From Octopus vulgaris (Eukaryota), in the NCBI GenBank assembly GCA_951406725.2, contig OX597818.1, positions 94,116,001-94,180,000 on the forward strand: DNA of 64,000 nucleotides, in the 5' to 3' direction. Below are positions 43,261-56,844 of this stretch, in pieces; positions within the stretch are counted from its first letter, which is position 1, and each line of letters opens with the position of its first letter. The notes below the pieces were generated by a model. It was not told the origin of the DNA, did no database searches, and saw only the letters and a list, made by a program, of their open reading frames with translations. A program made the translations under genes and the position numbers.

Positions 43261-44264
43261 ACAGTATTTTCACTTGATGTTAATGAGGACAGGTGAAACA
43301 ATAAAACACTAACCTGACCCATCACGCACACACACCACACACATACATACAAACATATATGATGGGCTTCTCCATTTTTAACTACCAATTCTACTCGCAA
43401 AAGTTTGGTCAGCTTGGAACTATAGTAGAAGACACTGGTTCATTGTGCCCTGCAGTATGACTGAACCTGAAACCACAAGGCTGCAAAGCAAACCTTGTAA
43501 CCACACAGTTGTGCCTGCATCTGTTTGGTAATATCAAAGAACATTAACTGCAACTAATCATAACATTCAACCACATAAATACTGAGAGCCAATGAAGAAG
43601 CTATATGCAGTTGTATGACTTGCTAGAAATAGCAGCCAAATTTCCCTCAAAACTAATGTACTAAAAATCACAATACTACTACAGCATTCACAGAAAACAT
43701 CTTAAACAAAGCAAAGTAATGCCTAAACATATTAATATACTTGCAGTTATCAACTACATCCATCCATGACCTATACAATGAAACAAAGTTGCTAAATGTG
43801 AAAGATCATGTCAATATGCAAGGGTTTATTGCGACCTTTTATGAGAAATGGGCCACATGAGATATGGCAGGCTGCACTACTGAAATAATTCAAGTTAATT
43901 TTTTATCAGGTATGTTATTCAGAAATTCTTGCAGTGCACAGTTTGTTCATGACACCACATATACAGTCTCTGTTAATATTGTAGTCTAAAGCACATACAT
44001 ATCTATTACAGCATCCTAAAGCACTTCTACCACTACATCCAAATAATAGAATCAGGTATGGTTGACTCTGTCAGTATTCCTCCACTGAATCCAGATAAAC
44101 ATACCCCTCATCCCTCAGTATATAATTGTGGTGTCCCAGCATGGCCACAGCACATGAGCTGAAACTAGTTTCAATTCAATTCAATTCAAAAATAGCTGTT
44201 TGAGAATAATTTGGCTATTGATGGCCCCATTGCTTTCAAACTATATTGGAATGTATACCACCAA

Positions 44265-44510
44265 TTGTGAGAGGAGATCAATTAGCAACTGTTGTATACT
44301 GACTGTCAACCATACTTGATTCCATTGTGGCCACTAGATAAATTAACAACTACTGTACTCTAAGTTCACCCCATCTGCTTTTATTGTGGCCACCAAATGA
44401 ATTAGCGATTGTTATACTCTGATTGAGCTCACCACACCTGTTCCATTGTGACCACAGATTAATTAGCAACTGCTGTATTCTGAATGAGTTTACATTACCT
44501 GATTGTGCCA
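44265..44510. repeat. Diverged ~60-bp minisatellite, about 4 copies
   Basis: An attagcaact-like motif at 44281, 44342, 44401 and 44462. Confidence 0.7.
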
Positions 44511-44996
44511 TCATAAAAATCTACAAGCTAATGAGGGAAACTATGAGCTCACTCTATTAGCTACAACCATATTTCCCAAAAATTATACTCTACTTTCCTA
44601 AAAAAACAGGACACATTGTATAACGCAGTTCTTGAGACAGTAAGCTTTAAAGATAACAAGATCAAAGATGGAAAGTATTCCATCTTTCCATGACAGATCT
44701 GTTGACAGTATGACATGTCCAGATTGTCACAATTCACTCCATATGATTAACCAGTAAATGTTAGAATGTTGAGTAAGGCTATCAAGTAGAGGTATGGTAT
44801 ATCTGAAACAATAGGTACATTAATTAGACCTAGGCATTTGGCCAACTACATGAATGTTCTCGTGTTCATCTCTTGGAGTGATGAGGACCATCGAGTTATT
44901 CTTAAGGATGACTGCTGATTTACATGGTGACTTTGTTTAAAGTGGAGAAGAGTTGCACACCATCAACCTCACTCTCTCATCTGTGACTATCCTTAA

Positions 44997-45227
44997 CTAT
45001 TTCGACACCAACCCAGCTGAAACCACCTCTGGCTCTGTAGTACTTGTTTTCAAGTAGTCTTGTTTTCAAAAGTTCTGAATTAAAATCTTCAGCCAAACCT
45101 TAGTCACAATTTATGTTCCTAATACTAGCTTAATGATAATTATGTTATTTTACTAAATTCTTTGTTACATTCAAAATTACTTGAAAGAAACACAGAGCAT
45201 CTCAACAGAAATATGGCAACAAAAAGG
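44997..45227 (-). mobile_element. piggyBac-type MITE (TTAA TSD)
   Basis: Flanked by TTAA at 44993 and 45228; reverse complement of 45988-46209. Confidence 0.75.
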
Positions 45228-45373
45228 TTAACTCAGTGGCCAGACCAGGTCAAGATGACTGGGTATGGAGACGAATGCAATGGATGACCAAGATGTCTTA
45301 CTTGCATCATCTTGGTCTCTCTCCAGTCCACAAAGTATTGCTACAAATGCCTTTCCCTCCACTGAACCATGAG

Positions 45374-45756
45374 TGGAGGTGCAATGGCCCAATGGTTAGG
45401 GCAGCAGACTCGTGGTTTCGATTCCCAGACCAGGCGTTGTGTGTGTTTATTGAACGGAAACACCTAAAGCTCAACAAGGCTCCGGCAGGGGGGGGCAACC
45501 CCCGTTGTACTCTTTTGCCCCAACTTTCTCTCACTCTTTCTTCTTGTTTCTTGTCCCTGACTTGCTATGCAACCGCTGAGCCTGGATGTGCATTCATTCA
45601 TCCGTTGATGCTCTCAGTGTTGGGGGTTGACCTGCTTTCTCTCCTGCGGGTCTTACGAATAGCAAAGGACCACGTTTCGGACTTCTCCCACTACAGAAGC
45701 GTGATCTTGCGAGCTCTGGGACGAAGACTGCTTCGCCCAACAACAACAACAACAAC
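45374..45756 (+). mobile_element. tRNA-derived SINE family C with (CAA)n tail
   Basis: tggaggtgcaatggccc..ggtttcgattcccagacc head; homologous to the 52708 copy. Confidence 0.75.
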
Positions 45757-45987
45757 TGAACCATGATCTCTTCTGCAAACTACATTGGATCTAGTATTTA
45801 TAGCCTACATGCTATAGAGTTGCTCAATCAGACATGACATGGATTTACTCAGTAACAACATCACCATGACCATCTCCACTGCTGCCGTGAACAACTAACA
45901 CCATTATGAGGGACCTTTTTTCTGGTCATTCAATATACTTCGAAGTAACTGCAAAAGTCTTCCTCAAATCACACTATTCTGCCTTAA

Positions 45988-46209
45988 CCCTTTCGTTACT
46001 GTATTTATTTTGAGATGTTTTGTGTTTCTTTCAATTAATTTTAAATATAGCAAAGAATTTAGTAAAAAAACTTATTTATCATTCAGCTAGTGTTAGGAAC
46101 ATAAATTGTGACTAAGATTTGATGGAAGATTTTAATTCAAAATTTATGAAAACAAGACATTTGTACTACAGAGCCAGAGTCGATTTCAGCCGGGTTGGTA
46201 TCGAAAGAG
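45988..46209 (+). mobile_element. piggyBac-type MITE (TTAA TSD)
   Basis: TTAA-ccctttcgttac...gtatcgaaagag-TTAA. Confidence 0.8.
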
Positions 46210-48494
46210 TTAAAAAGGAAGGACACTTTGGATAATGTAGTCTGTAGTACACTGAATCTGAACAAAAGAATATCTTTGACAACTTGTCTGCTGGATCACA
46301 AACACATTTCTTGATCCTCTACACTAAAGCCATTCCGCACTCAACAAGTTTACTTTAAGAATCTATAATAATTTTGATTGGTTCAGTAGTGTCTTTTAGT
46401 TTGCTGGTTGCTATGGTGATGGGAGGGAGAAAAAGTGGAGGGGTGGGGACATGTTCGTTTTCTCACTATTTTCCACTGCCATCATAAACCACCACTCTCA
46501 TTAACATTATATCTTTAACGAATACTCCAGCTCCACCACTACAACCAAAAAGAACAACTCATTACAACAAAAAAAAAACACCAACAAATATTGTTTCCTC
46601 CATCATTCCCACCACCACCACCACTAACAATAATAACCACCAAATCACATTCAACTATTTTCCCTAAAACCTACCCCCATCCCAACCCACTTTTCTGCCA
46701 CGTTGCACTGTTCACCATTACACAGATCTTTACATAACATCAATCTATCATCTGGTTTGTTGGTTGGTTTCAATGGTACAGACAATAGTCTTCACTGCAG
46801 TTAATGGAGGAACGAAACTGAGGTTGTCATGGTAATAGCAAACATCACTTTTCCAAAATATCTTCACAATAAGAAAAAAAAAAGACTCACAAATATCCAA
46901 AACAACAACTATAATAATAATAATAATGATGATAAGAAGAAGAAGAAGAACATTGACAACGAAAGCAATAATAATAATAATAGTTCATCAACTGGAAAAA
47001 AAAAATGAAATTTCCGAGATTAACAAACTTAATTATAGATTTTGTCTCCTTGAAAGTTAATGCATGTAAGAGGGGTGTGTGTGGACAGTATGGATGTAGT
47101 GGGGGGAGGTTGTCTGGTAGAACTACAAAGAATTGACAGTGTGAAAGTAGTTTTTTTTTTTGCCATTTTTTCTTTACTCCTGAAGAAATATCACAACACC
47201 CATAGTATATTGCATTTTATAATGTGCCATATTCTGCCCCTTTCTGTTGCATAATTGGATGAAATGTTAGATCCAAATATTAAATGAAAAATTAACACGT
47301 AAAAGCATAAAAACAAAAGGCAATATGTTAGTTAAAACTTGAATATATTTAGCATTACTTACTGTTATGGCCACCAACATCTGAAGTAAATTATGTTGGT
47401 GTGTACCTACATCTAATTCTTTAGTTCATTTTAGCCATCATAGCTAAGGCCAAGCTGGAACAGTTTTATTTCAATATATTTATTTGCATTTTGTTTATAT
47501 GTAAGAAGTGCAGGTATGGCTGTATGGTAAGGAGATTTATTTCCCAACCTCATAGTATTTGGTTCACATGTATGTATGTGTATATGTATGTATGTATGTG
47601 TGTGCATTTGTGTATATATGTATGTGTACGTGCGTGTGTGTTCTTGTTTTGACATCACATGATTGTGATAAATGAAAGTGATTCATTTCCAAAACTCTGT
47701 AAAAACGTGTGGCCATTGGAAAATATTAGCTTACTTTTAAAACAGGAGTAGAGTTGGTGACACGAAGGACATCCAGCCACTGAAAATTTGCCTCATATAA
47801 ACTTTCTGAGCCATGCAAGCATAGCAAAGTGGATATTAAAACAATTATTATAAAAACATTTAGATTTAGACTGACCACCCAGCATAATCTGCTAACGCAG
47901 TTGAATTTGTAAACCATTAAATAATTTTAAAATTTTACTTAGTAATAAACTAGTGTAGATTTTTATCACCTATTTTCATCCTACCAAATTTGAGGCTTTT
48001 ATCTATGACCGGTGGAGGTGCATGGCTTAGTGATTCGGGTGTCAGTATCACGATCGTAAGATTGTGGTTTCGATTCCTGGACCGGGCGACGCGTTGTGTT
48101 CTTGAGCAAAACATATGTCCTATACATATCAGGTAAAGTATTCCTTGATTACCATATTAAATAACTCATATCACTTCACTATTTCATCATATGACACACA
48201 GCATGTCCTTACCACTTCACTAGACGCCCTCCTCACTCCATACAATATGTCCAGTAGTGTAACTAAGAGTATGTGTGAGGTGTGGACTGCATAGGATAGG
48301 CCGCTTTATACAAATGCTGCCAAGATCAATTTTACCTTTAATCTTTTCAGGGTTAGTGAAGTATGTACCAGTTGAGCACTGGGGACACTGTAATCAACTA
48401 GTCTCCATCCACAAAAATTTCAGGTCTTGTGCCTATAGAAGAAAGAATTATTATTAATATTATAGGTTCTCTGAAATTATTATTATTAGGCGTA

Positions 48495-48735
48495 GGCATA
48501 GGAGTGACTGTGTGGTAAGTAGCTTGCTTACCAACCACATGGTTCCGGGTTCAGTTCCACTGCGTGACATCTTGGGCAAGTGACTTCTACTATAACTTCG
48601 CTGTTTGGTAAAAGAGAACGATAGAATAAGTACTAGGCTTACAAAGAGTAAGTCTTGGGGTCGATTTGCTTGACTAAAGGTGGTGCTCCAGCATGGCTAC
48701 AGTCAAATGACTGAAACGAGTAAAAGAGAGAGTAA
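48495..48735 (+). mobile_element. SINE family B, internally deleted
   Basis: Head and tail match the 41395 copy; the middle is missing. Confidence 0.8.
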
Positions 48736-50060
48736 AATTAAAATAAAGGAAATCATTGATATTGATTCTTGAAGCATACCCAATTGAGAAGTAAAGAAGA
48801 AAATGACATAACTGTATTTTAGCAAAAATGCAAACTGGACTGAATTATCCCCCACAAGAATTACAACAGACACTTCAGGACTTCTAATGAGACTTATGGC
48901 ACTATTTGCTGCATTTTCAAAAATAATTACTCAGTCAAAACACAGAAATTGTTAGACTTACTGCAGCCTATAGATTTGCGTGCCAGTGTATGGAGCTAAG
49001 AAATACAAAAGTGATAAGAGTGATGACAGGAGACAATATGGATCTGTGGCTGGTTGTCACTTCTGCATTGCAGTGTAGGTGTATGTTTAAAGTAGGGCTA
49101 TTGAGAGGTAACATGTGGTCAGGAGGCATCGAAAAGGATTTGCAAGTTTTAATGCTACACAAAGGCTACAATACTATTCTGGAATCGTACCAGTAGAAGG
49201 TGCTGAGATAAAGGATATGTGATTAATGCCTAGTTGCTATATTTGTCATAGAGAAAATAACCTCAGAGCCTCTTCTCTTGAAGAACTACAAAGATTAAGC
49301 AAACTAACGAGAAACAAAAGTAATGAAGATAAACTGAGACAGCAAAAAGAACAAGCCTCAGTTTCCTGAGCACCATTAACCAATACCTAGGGATAACAGA
49401 AAAAATCAGTCTAGGAATGAGCAAACAATTTTTCCCAATCTTAACAGTAGCAACAAGTAATGCCCATCTATCATCGTATGACAGCAAAGAAGAATTATTT
49501 CAGAAGAAAATGTGCTGGTTATCATAGGGAACATTAAAGAAAAAATTTACAAAAATTGCAAAATCAGCATGAAACAATGAAAGCAGTTGAGGACGAACAA
49601 TTTCTTCAAAACAAAAATGATACGCTTCCTCAGAAAAATAATGAGGTTAATTAAAGGAGGACAAAGTACTTGAGATTTATCATCCTTAGAATATTAAGCA
49701 GACAATTAATCAACAAAATCATGTGTCTATAGTACCAGGGATTTTTCGATGAAGTAAAAATAATGCAATTAATTTCAGAATGTAGGCAACATACAAAAGA
49801 CAGGCTGTTTAGAAAAACCATCTAAAGGTACTATAAAGAATTAATGCCATCTTGCTCTCAAGACATTGGTGTTTTTCAACTACAGCTGATGCAAAAATTC
49901 TCATGGGCACTTTTGATACACAAGAAATATCTACAAAAATTGGCTACGAAGGGAAGATATAAGGATCTGCTAATGTAACCTAACAAGTAACTTTTTGTTA
50001 TTCCATTTTTGGATTTGGTTTGCAAGATTCTTATATGAGTTTGTGTGTTGAAGCATATTC

Positions 50061-50335
50061 TGTTGTGTCTGGGGAGAGTCATTTTCTTTTTGTGTCTTAT
50101 AAGGTAACATACTCACTGGTAAAATTTCCACTTATTTCTTATTTTTATTTTCTTAAAATTTTCGTTGCATCTAGCAACCTTTTCAATAGTCTTGACTCTC
50201 TTGACTGTATTGAAAAGGTTGTTAGACGCAACAAAAATTTTAGGAAAATGAAAATAAGAAATAAGCGGAAATTTTACCGGTGAGTGTGTTACATTATAAG
50301 GCACAAATAGAAAATGACTCTCCCTAGATATAACA
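50061..50335. repeat. Imperfect foldback, ~130-bp arms, ~11-nt loop
   Basis: 50061-50191 is the reverse complement of 50203-50335 with about 14 substitutions and a 2-nt bulge (manual count). Confidence 0.92.
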
Positions 50336-50469
50336 AAACTTTTTGTTATATTTCCTTTTAATTATGTTTTGATTTATTTATGTTTTAAAGTATATTTTAA
50401 AAATTTATTTCATGCAAATAATGCTTTTAAAATTTCAATTTGTCCTTTTATATATTGCATAAGAATAAC

Positions 50470-50636
50470 ACTTCCTTCCCCCTCTTTTTCTTGGTACATA
50501 CAGTCTGTCTGTGTCACTTTTTGGGTGAAGTGACCCATATCTAGTTAGCAACTTCCTTGTCTTTCTGTCTAAGCTGTTTAGTTTGTCTACTGTCCATGCG
50601 ATTACCTCTGCTCCATATCTAAGGAGAAGGACCAGT

Positions 50637-50640
<4 letters not shown>
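50470..50640 (-). mobile_element. Dong/R4-like LINE fragment
   Basis: LRYGAEVIAWTVDKLNSLDRKTRKLLTRYGSLHPKSDTDRLYVPRKRGGR. Confidence 0.85.
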
Positions 50641-50680
<40 letters not shown>

Positions 50681-50687
50681 ATTATAG

Positions 50688-50990
50688 TGAAGGCACATGG
50701 CTTAGTGATTTGGATACCTGAATCACAATTGTAAGATCATAAGTTTGATCCCCAGTGACAGATTGTGTCCTTAAGCCAGAACTTTATTTCACATTGCTCC
50801 AGCTCAGTCACCTGGCAAAAATGAATTGTACCTGTATTACAAAAGGCCAGCCTTGTTTCATTCTGTGTCATGCTGAACCTCCCTGAGAACTATTGTCAAA
50901 TGCTCAGCCACTTGCATGTTAATTCCATGAGCAGGCTGTTCCATCGATTGAATCAATTGGAATCCTCACTGTCATAACCAATGAAGTGCT
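50688..50990 (+). mobile_element. tRNA-derived SINE family D (related pieces at ~48013-48113 + and ~52390-52558 -)
   Basis: catggcttagtg..gtttgatccc head followed by a ctttatttcacattgctccag core. Confidence 0.65.
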
Positions 50991-51184
50991 AGTTTTTTAA
51001 AAATTTTATTATCAGATTGAAGGCAGTAAGCAGCTGGAATTGCTAGCACACTGGACAAAATGCTTAGCAGTATTTTTTTCTGGTTTTATGTTCTCAGTTC
51101 AAATACTACTGGAATCAACTTACCCTTTCATCATTTTGAAGTTGATGAAATAAGTACCAGTTGTTTCCACCAGTTTACTAGGCA

Positions 51185-51932
51185 TAATTGAATTTATTAC
51201 ACTTGTACACATTTTTTATTGGATACCAAAAATGATCAGTAAAATTTGTACTTCTCAGATCTTTAGAACTTCTGGAGCTGTTTATGTTCATTGAAGAGTT
51301 GAGGAAGCTTATGATCCTAGATGTGTTGTCTCAACAATCAAATTTAGATGTGGTAGCATAATAGTTTGGGGTTGCATGTTGTCCTCAGGCCCAGGAATGT
51401 TATTCCCTTGTGAGAGCAGAATGAATTCCAACACTTATACCAGCATGTTAGACCAAGTTTATCAACTTTCCTTAGGTAAAATTTTCAATGATAACATACC
51501 AGATGGAGCAATCTTCCAACAAGACAATGCTCCAGGCCACACATCCAGAGTCTCAATGGGTTGGTTTGAGGAGAAAGGAACGAGGTTGATGGAATGACCC
51601 CCTTAATCTCCAGACCTCAACCTCGTTGAACATTTGTGGTCACACTTGGGCACAAGAGTGAAGGTGCACAAATGTTCTTCAAAAAGTGAATTAACAGCCA
51701 AAATTCATGAAGAGTGGCAGAAAACTGAGCCAACCATTTGTGCCAACTTAGTCTCCAGCACGCAAAAATGCATAAAAGTGGTTATAAAAGCAAAAGGGGG
51801 ACACATCAAATATTAATTATTGATAGAATGTACTGAAAAATGTTTAATATTATTATTTCAATTATGAAATAAATGAGTTCCAATCATATTCTCGATTTTA
51901 TCACACCTGCCCCATAATTTTGGCCAAGACTG
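51185..51932 (+). mobile_element. Tc1-like transposon, 3' part (DD34E), pseudogenised
   Basis: VWGCM..FQQDNAPGH..*PP*SPDLNLVEHLW..IKAKGGHIKY*. Ends ttttggccaagactg followed by TA. Confidence 0.88.
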
Positions 51933-51989
51933 TACATTCATATTATGTGTGTGTGTGTTTGTATGTGTGTGTGTGTGTGTGTGTGTGTT

Positions 51990-52054
<65 letters not shown>

Positions 52055-52058
<4 letters not shown>

Positions 52059-52390
52059 CAACTTTTTTTTAAACGATTCATCACTGGTGAAGAAAAATGG
52101 ATTGTCTACAATAACATCAATCAAAAACGATCATGGTCCAAGCATGATGAACCAGCACAAACCACATTGAAACCTGTATTGCATCAAAATAAGGTCATGC
52201 TGTTAATTTGATGGGATTACAAAGGTGTTGTGTATTTTTAGCCGCTTCTAAGGAACCAAACGATCAATTCGGATGTTTACTGTCAACAACTAATGAAACT
52301 GGAGGAAGCAATCAAAGAAAAGTGGCCAGAATTGGCAAACTGTAAAGGAATTGTGTTCCACCATGACAACGCTAGACCACACACGTCCAA
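52055..52390 (+). mobile_element. Mariner transposase fragment
   Basis: FITGEEKWIVYNN..KVMLLI*WDYKGVVY..TINSDVYCQQL..FHHDNARPH. Confidence 0.9.
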
Positions 52391-52588
52391 GGCAAAGGCC
52401 GATACAGCTTGGTACCCGTGACATCGCAACTCATTTCTACAGCTGAGTTAACTGGAGCAACGTGAAATAAAGTGTCTTGCTCAAGAACACAACACGCAGC
52501 CCGGTCCGGGATTCGAGCTCACAACCTCACGATCGTAAGCTCGACGCTCTAACCACTGATATATATAAACATACATTTATATATATTT

Positions 52589-52681
<93 letters not shown>

Positions 52682-52707
52682 CATATACATATATATATAT
52701 ATACATG

Positions 52708-53003
52708 TGGAGGCGCAATGGCCCAGTCGTTAGGGCAGTGGACTCGCGGTCGTAGGATCACGGTTTTGATTCCCACACCAGGCGTTGTGAGTGTTTATTG
52801 AGCGAAAATACCTAAAAGCTCCACGACGCTCCGGCAGGGGGTGGTGATCCCTGCTGTACTCTTTCACCACTCTTTCTCCCACTCTTTCTTCTGTTGGCCT
52901 GCTCGCTTAGCCAGCGGGGTGGCGTCATTCGAAGGCTAAAACAATGCGAACGCATTGTGACCAGCGATGTATAACTACATCTGATGGACTGGTCAGTCAC
53001 GTG
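52708..53003 (+). mobile_element. tRNA-derived SINE family C
   Basis: tggaggcgcaatggcccagtcgttagggcag.. head; CpG-rich body. Confidence 0.78.
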
Positions 53004-53035
53004 ATATATATACATATATATATACATATACATAC

Positions 53036-53770
53036 AAATGAAGCTGGCCTGATCCGCTGGATGTGTAATGTCAGTGTGCATACACGACAGACTGTAAGCG
53101 CCCTTAGAGAAAAGTTGGACATAAGAAGCATCAAATGTAGTGTGCAAGAGAGACGACTGCGCTGGTATGGTCATGTGTTACATACGGATGAAGATAGCTG
53201 TGTGAGAAAGTGTCATTCCCTAACTTTGGAAGGAACCTGTGAAGAGGTAGACCTAGGAAGACATGGGATGAGATGGTGAAGCATGACCTTCAAACATTGG
53301 ACCTCACTGGGGCAATGACAAGAGATCAAAACCTTTGGAGATATGCTGTGACTGAAAAGACTTGGCAACTAAAGTGAGGTCGCAGCCATGGCCGATGCCA
53401 GTGTTGCATGTCCGGCCCATTAAAGAGTACCCTTGAAGCATTGCGTGATATGATATACTTGAGAAGACCTGTTGACTCAAGTAAAACCAAAATCGTAGCT
53501 GTGGCTAGTGCCCCCTGACTGGCTCTCATTCCGGTGGCACTTAAAATGCATCATCTGAACATGGTCAAGGCTCGCCTGACTGGCTGTGCTGGTGGCATGT
53601 AAAAAGCACCCACTACACTCTTGGAGTGGTTGGCATTAGGATGGGCATCCAGCTGTAGAAACTCTGCCAGATCAGATTGGAGCCTAGTGCAGCTGCTGAC
53701 TCTCCAGACCTCAGTCAAACTGTCCAACCCATGCCAGCATGGAAAACGGACGTTAAATGATGATATGATG
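53036..53770 (+). mobile_element. RTE LINE 3' end (ORF C-terminus + UTR)
   Basis: NEAGLIRWMCNVS..RRLRWYGHVL..EGTC, then a UTR ending catggaaaacggacgttaaatgatga. Confidence 0.88.
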
Positions 53771-53815
53771 TATATATATGTGTGTGTGTGTGTGTATGTA
53801 TATATATATATATAT

Positions 53816-53862
<47 letters not shown>

Positions 53863-54483
53863 GATAGACAGATAGATAGAGAATAACTGTGACAGAAAGA
53901 ATATTGTTTGTGATAGACAGGGACCAGCAATGATGGAATAAAAATTACCTGTGTTTGACCAAGGATTAGTTATGATTGACAAGGAATTAGCTGTGACTGA
54001 CCATGGGCCAATTATAACAGCCCAGGAATTACTTTTGATATATCATCTATTACTTATGATAAACTCTGAGTTAGTTCTGACAAACCTAAAGTTATCTGTG
54101 ATTAATAAGTATTTACCTGCAATATACCTAGAGCTACTTGCATTAAGGCAAAAGTTACCTGTAATAAATCAATATCTTATCAAATGTCTGTTGGGTAGAG
54201 ACAAGGTGAAGATCTATCCACATCTCATTTCAACACTATGAAAATGAGATATAATTAAGATCACAGCAGTTGAAATGAATCTTTAGGGGATTTGTGCAGA
54301 GTCATACAACTGTGTTTAACTAAACCTTTGGATCGACCGCAATACTACCAAATGGGAATATTTAATATTTGCTAAAATTTCAGCAGAATCTAATTGAACC
54401 TTACGTGGAACAGTATTAACCATATTAACCATTACCCTCCCCACTTTAATTGCATCAGGCTGTATCAAAATTTTAAAATTAAA

Positions 54484-54537
<54 letters not shown>

Positions 54538-54879
54538 AAAATAATTAAGCAAAAGAACCAGAAGCTAGTGGTGGGAGGTAGTAGTGAGGTTGTGGTGGGA
54601 TGTTAGTTTAAATAGTGACATTCAAATCGATCATATAGTCTCTGGTGGACGACAATGTTCAACAGTTGCATAATTAGTTAATTATTAATTAATTAATTAT
54701 TCAGCCTTTAATTATGCAGCTGCAGAGGAATAAAATAACAAACTAAGAATTCGATCGGTTGACTGATTCATTGATTGATTAATTGACTGAGTAAGAGATT
54801 GATTGATTAAGTGAGCAAATGAGTAAATGATTGATAAAAGTGTGGGATGTGTAGAATCCATTGTAAAAGGTGATGATGA

Positions 54880-55571
54880 CTTTGGAGACATTGAGGTAAA
54901 CATGATGATGATGATGACGGTGGTGGTGGTGGTGGTGATGGGAGTGGTGGTGGGGATGGTGGCGGTGGCGGTGGCGGTGGGGATGGTGGCGGTGGCGGTG
55001 GGGATGGTGGCGGTGGTGATGATAATGAAGGTGATGGTGACACTGATGATTATGATGAAGGTGAAGGTGATGATGATGATGGCAGTTGTGAAGATGATTG
55101 TTGTGCTGGTTGATGATGATGGTGACACTGCTGTTGGATGAAAATGAAGATGAAGATGATGAAGATGGTTGAAATGATGATGATGGTTGAGATGGTGATG
55201 ATGGTTGAGATGATGATGATGAAAATAACAGACAATGGTGTATTCAGAAGACAAGGGTGGGAGAAGAGACCTCACACACATACCCTGTCTACAACCACCT
55301 GTCCCCCTTATCATCGCTTATCTCAACCTCTTTCTCCCTATTCTCCTCTTCTAGTCCTAACCTCCTTCTTTAGTTCAGCTTATCATCATCTTCACCCACA
55401 AAATACAGCTTGACCTCCATCCCTGCTACCCCAATCCATCTCCATCCACCCTCTGTCATTAATCAAGCTCAATGTTACATCATCAAACACTACATCATCA
55501 TCATCTTTATCATCGCCACCACCATCACCATCATCACCACCATCACCACCACCACCATCACCACCACCACC

Positions 55572-55605
<34 letters not shown>

Positions 55606-55625
55606 TCATCGTCATCATCAATCAA
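54880..55625. repeat. (GAT/GGT)n and (CAT/CAC)n trinucleotide repeats
   Basis: Direct inspection: ~54880-55220 and ~55478-55622. Confidence 0.9.
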
Positions 55626-56216
55626 GGCAAATACAACATCAATCAAACCAGCCAGACAAATAACCAAAACCTGAGAATTAACACTTCCTATGGGGCCAAC
55701 CTATCAATGATATCAAAGATATTATTTTCTTTATTCTTTTATTATTAGATTTGATCATTAGGCTGCAGCAATATATCGTTTATCTTTTATCTTTTACTTG
55801 TTTCAGTCATTGGACTGCAGCCATACTGCAACACCTTGAAGGGTTTTAGTTGAACAAAACAATTTCAGTGCTTTTTTTTTTTAAAGCCTGGTACTTATTC
55901 TGTTTGTCTGTTTTGCTGAACCACTAAGTTTATAGAAATGCAAATAAGCCAACACAGGTTGTCAAGTGATGGGATGGGATTGGCTAGGTGTACAAACACA
56001 AATTTACACATCAACATTGGGAACACAGTCAAATATTCCTGACAAATCTCTCCACAATTCACAATTTTCCACTGCTCATAGCAACTGCTCCTTACTGACG
56101 TTTGTATCACCTGAGAGTTGATCAATGAATGTTCAAGCAGGTATTCCCCTACTGCATGTGGGGCCTGAGCAGCTGGTTGGATGGACAACCATGTCAAGGT
56201 ATAGCAACTTCAGAAC

Positions 56217-56600
56217 TCTTTACTCTTTACATTTTTACTTGTTTCAGTCATTTTGACTGTGGCCATGCTGGAGCACCACCTTTAGTCGAGCAAATCGACC
56301 CCAAGACTTATTCTGTGTAAGCCTAGTACTTATTCTATCGGTCTCTTTTGCCGAACCGCATTGGTTGTTAAGTGATGTTGGGGGGACAAAACACAGACAC
56401 ACAAACACACACACACACATATATATATACATATATACGACGGGCTTCTTTCAGTTTCCGTCTACCAAATCCACTCACAAGGCTTTGGTCAGCCTGAGGC
56501 TATAGTAGAAGACACTTGCTCAAAGTGCCATGCAGTGGGACTGAACCTGGGACCATGTGGTTGGTAAGCAGGCTACTTACCACACAGCCACTTCTACACC
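56217..56600 (-). mobile_element. SINE family B
   Basis: Reverse complement of the 41395 copy; a partial copy also lies at ~55780-56010. Confidence 0.85.
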
Positions 56601-56844
56601 TGAACTATCTGTTGCAATATTTTTACTTATTAATTATTTATTTAAATGCTAATTCTTCCTTTAAATTTTCCCTTTTTCTTGTGTACTTGGAGGTATATTT
56701 TAATTTTTGTGTTTTTCCCTAGTCCATAATAGTATCCTGTGTATAACTTCCTGCTTACTTCTCCTGCAATGTCCTGCACATCATGTGCCTTTAGCAATTG
56801 TAGTTATCTCGAGCAAGTTTCCATATAAAATTTCATTTGTAATA

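Noticed and set aside
48780-49900. A-rich segment possibly derived from a LINE ORF
   Set aside because: Too degraded to assign without a translated search.
54712-55748. Poly-His/Thr/Pro/Gly ORFs
   Set aside because: Trinucleotide repeats only.
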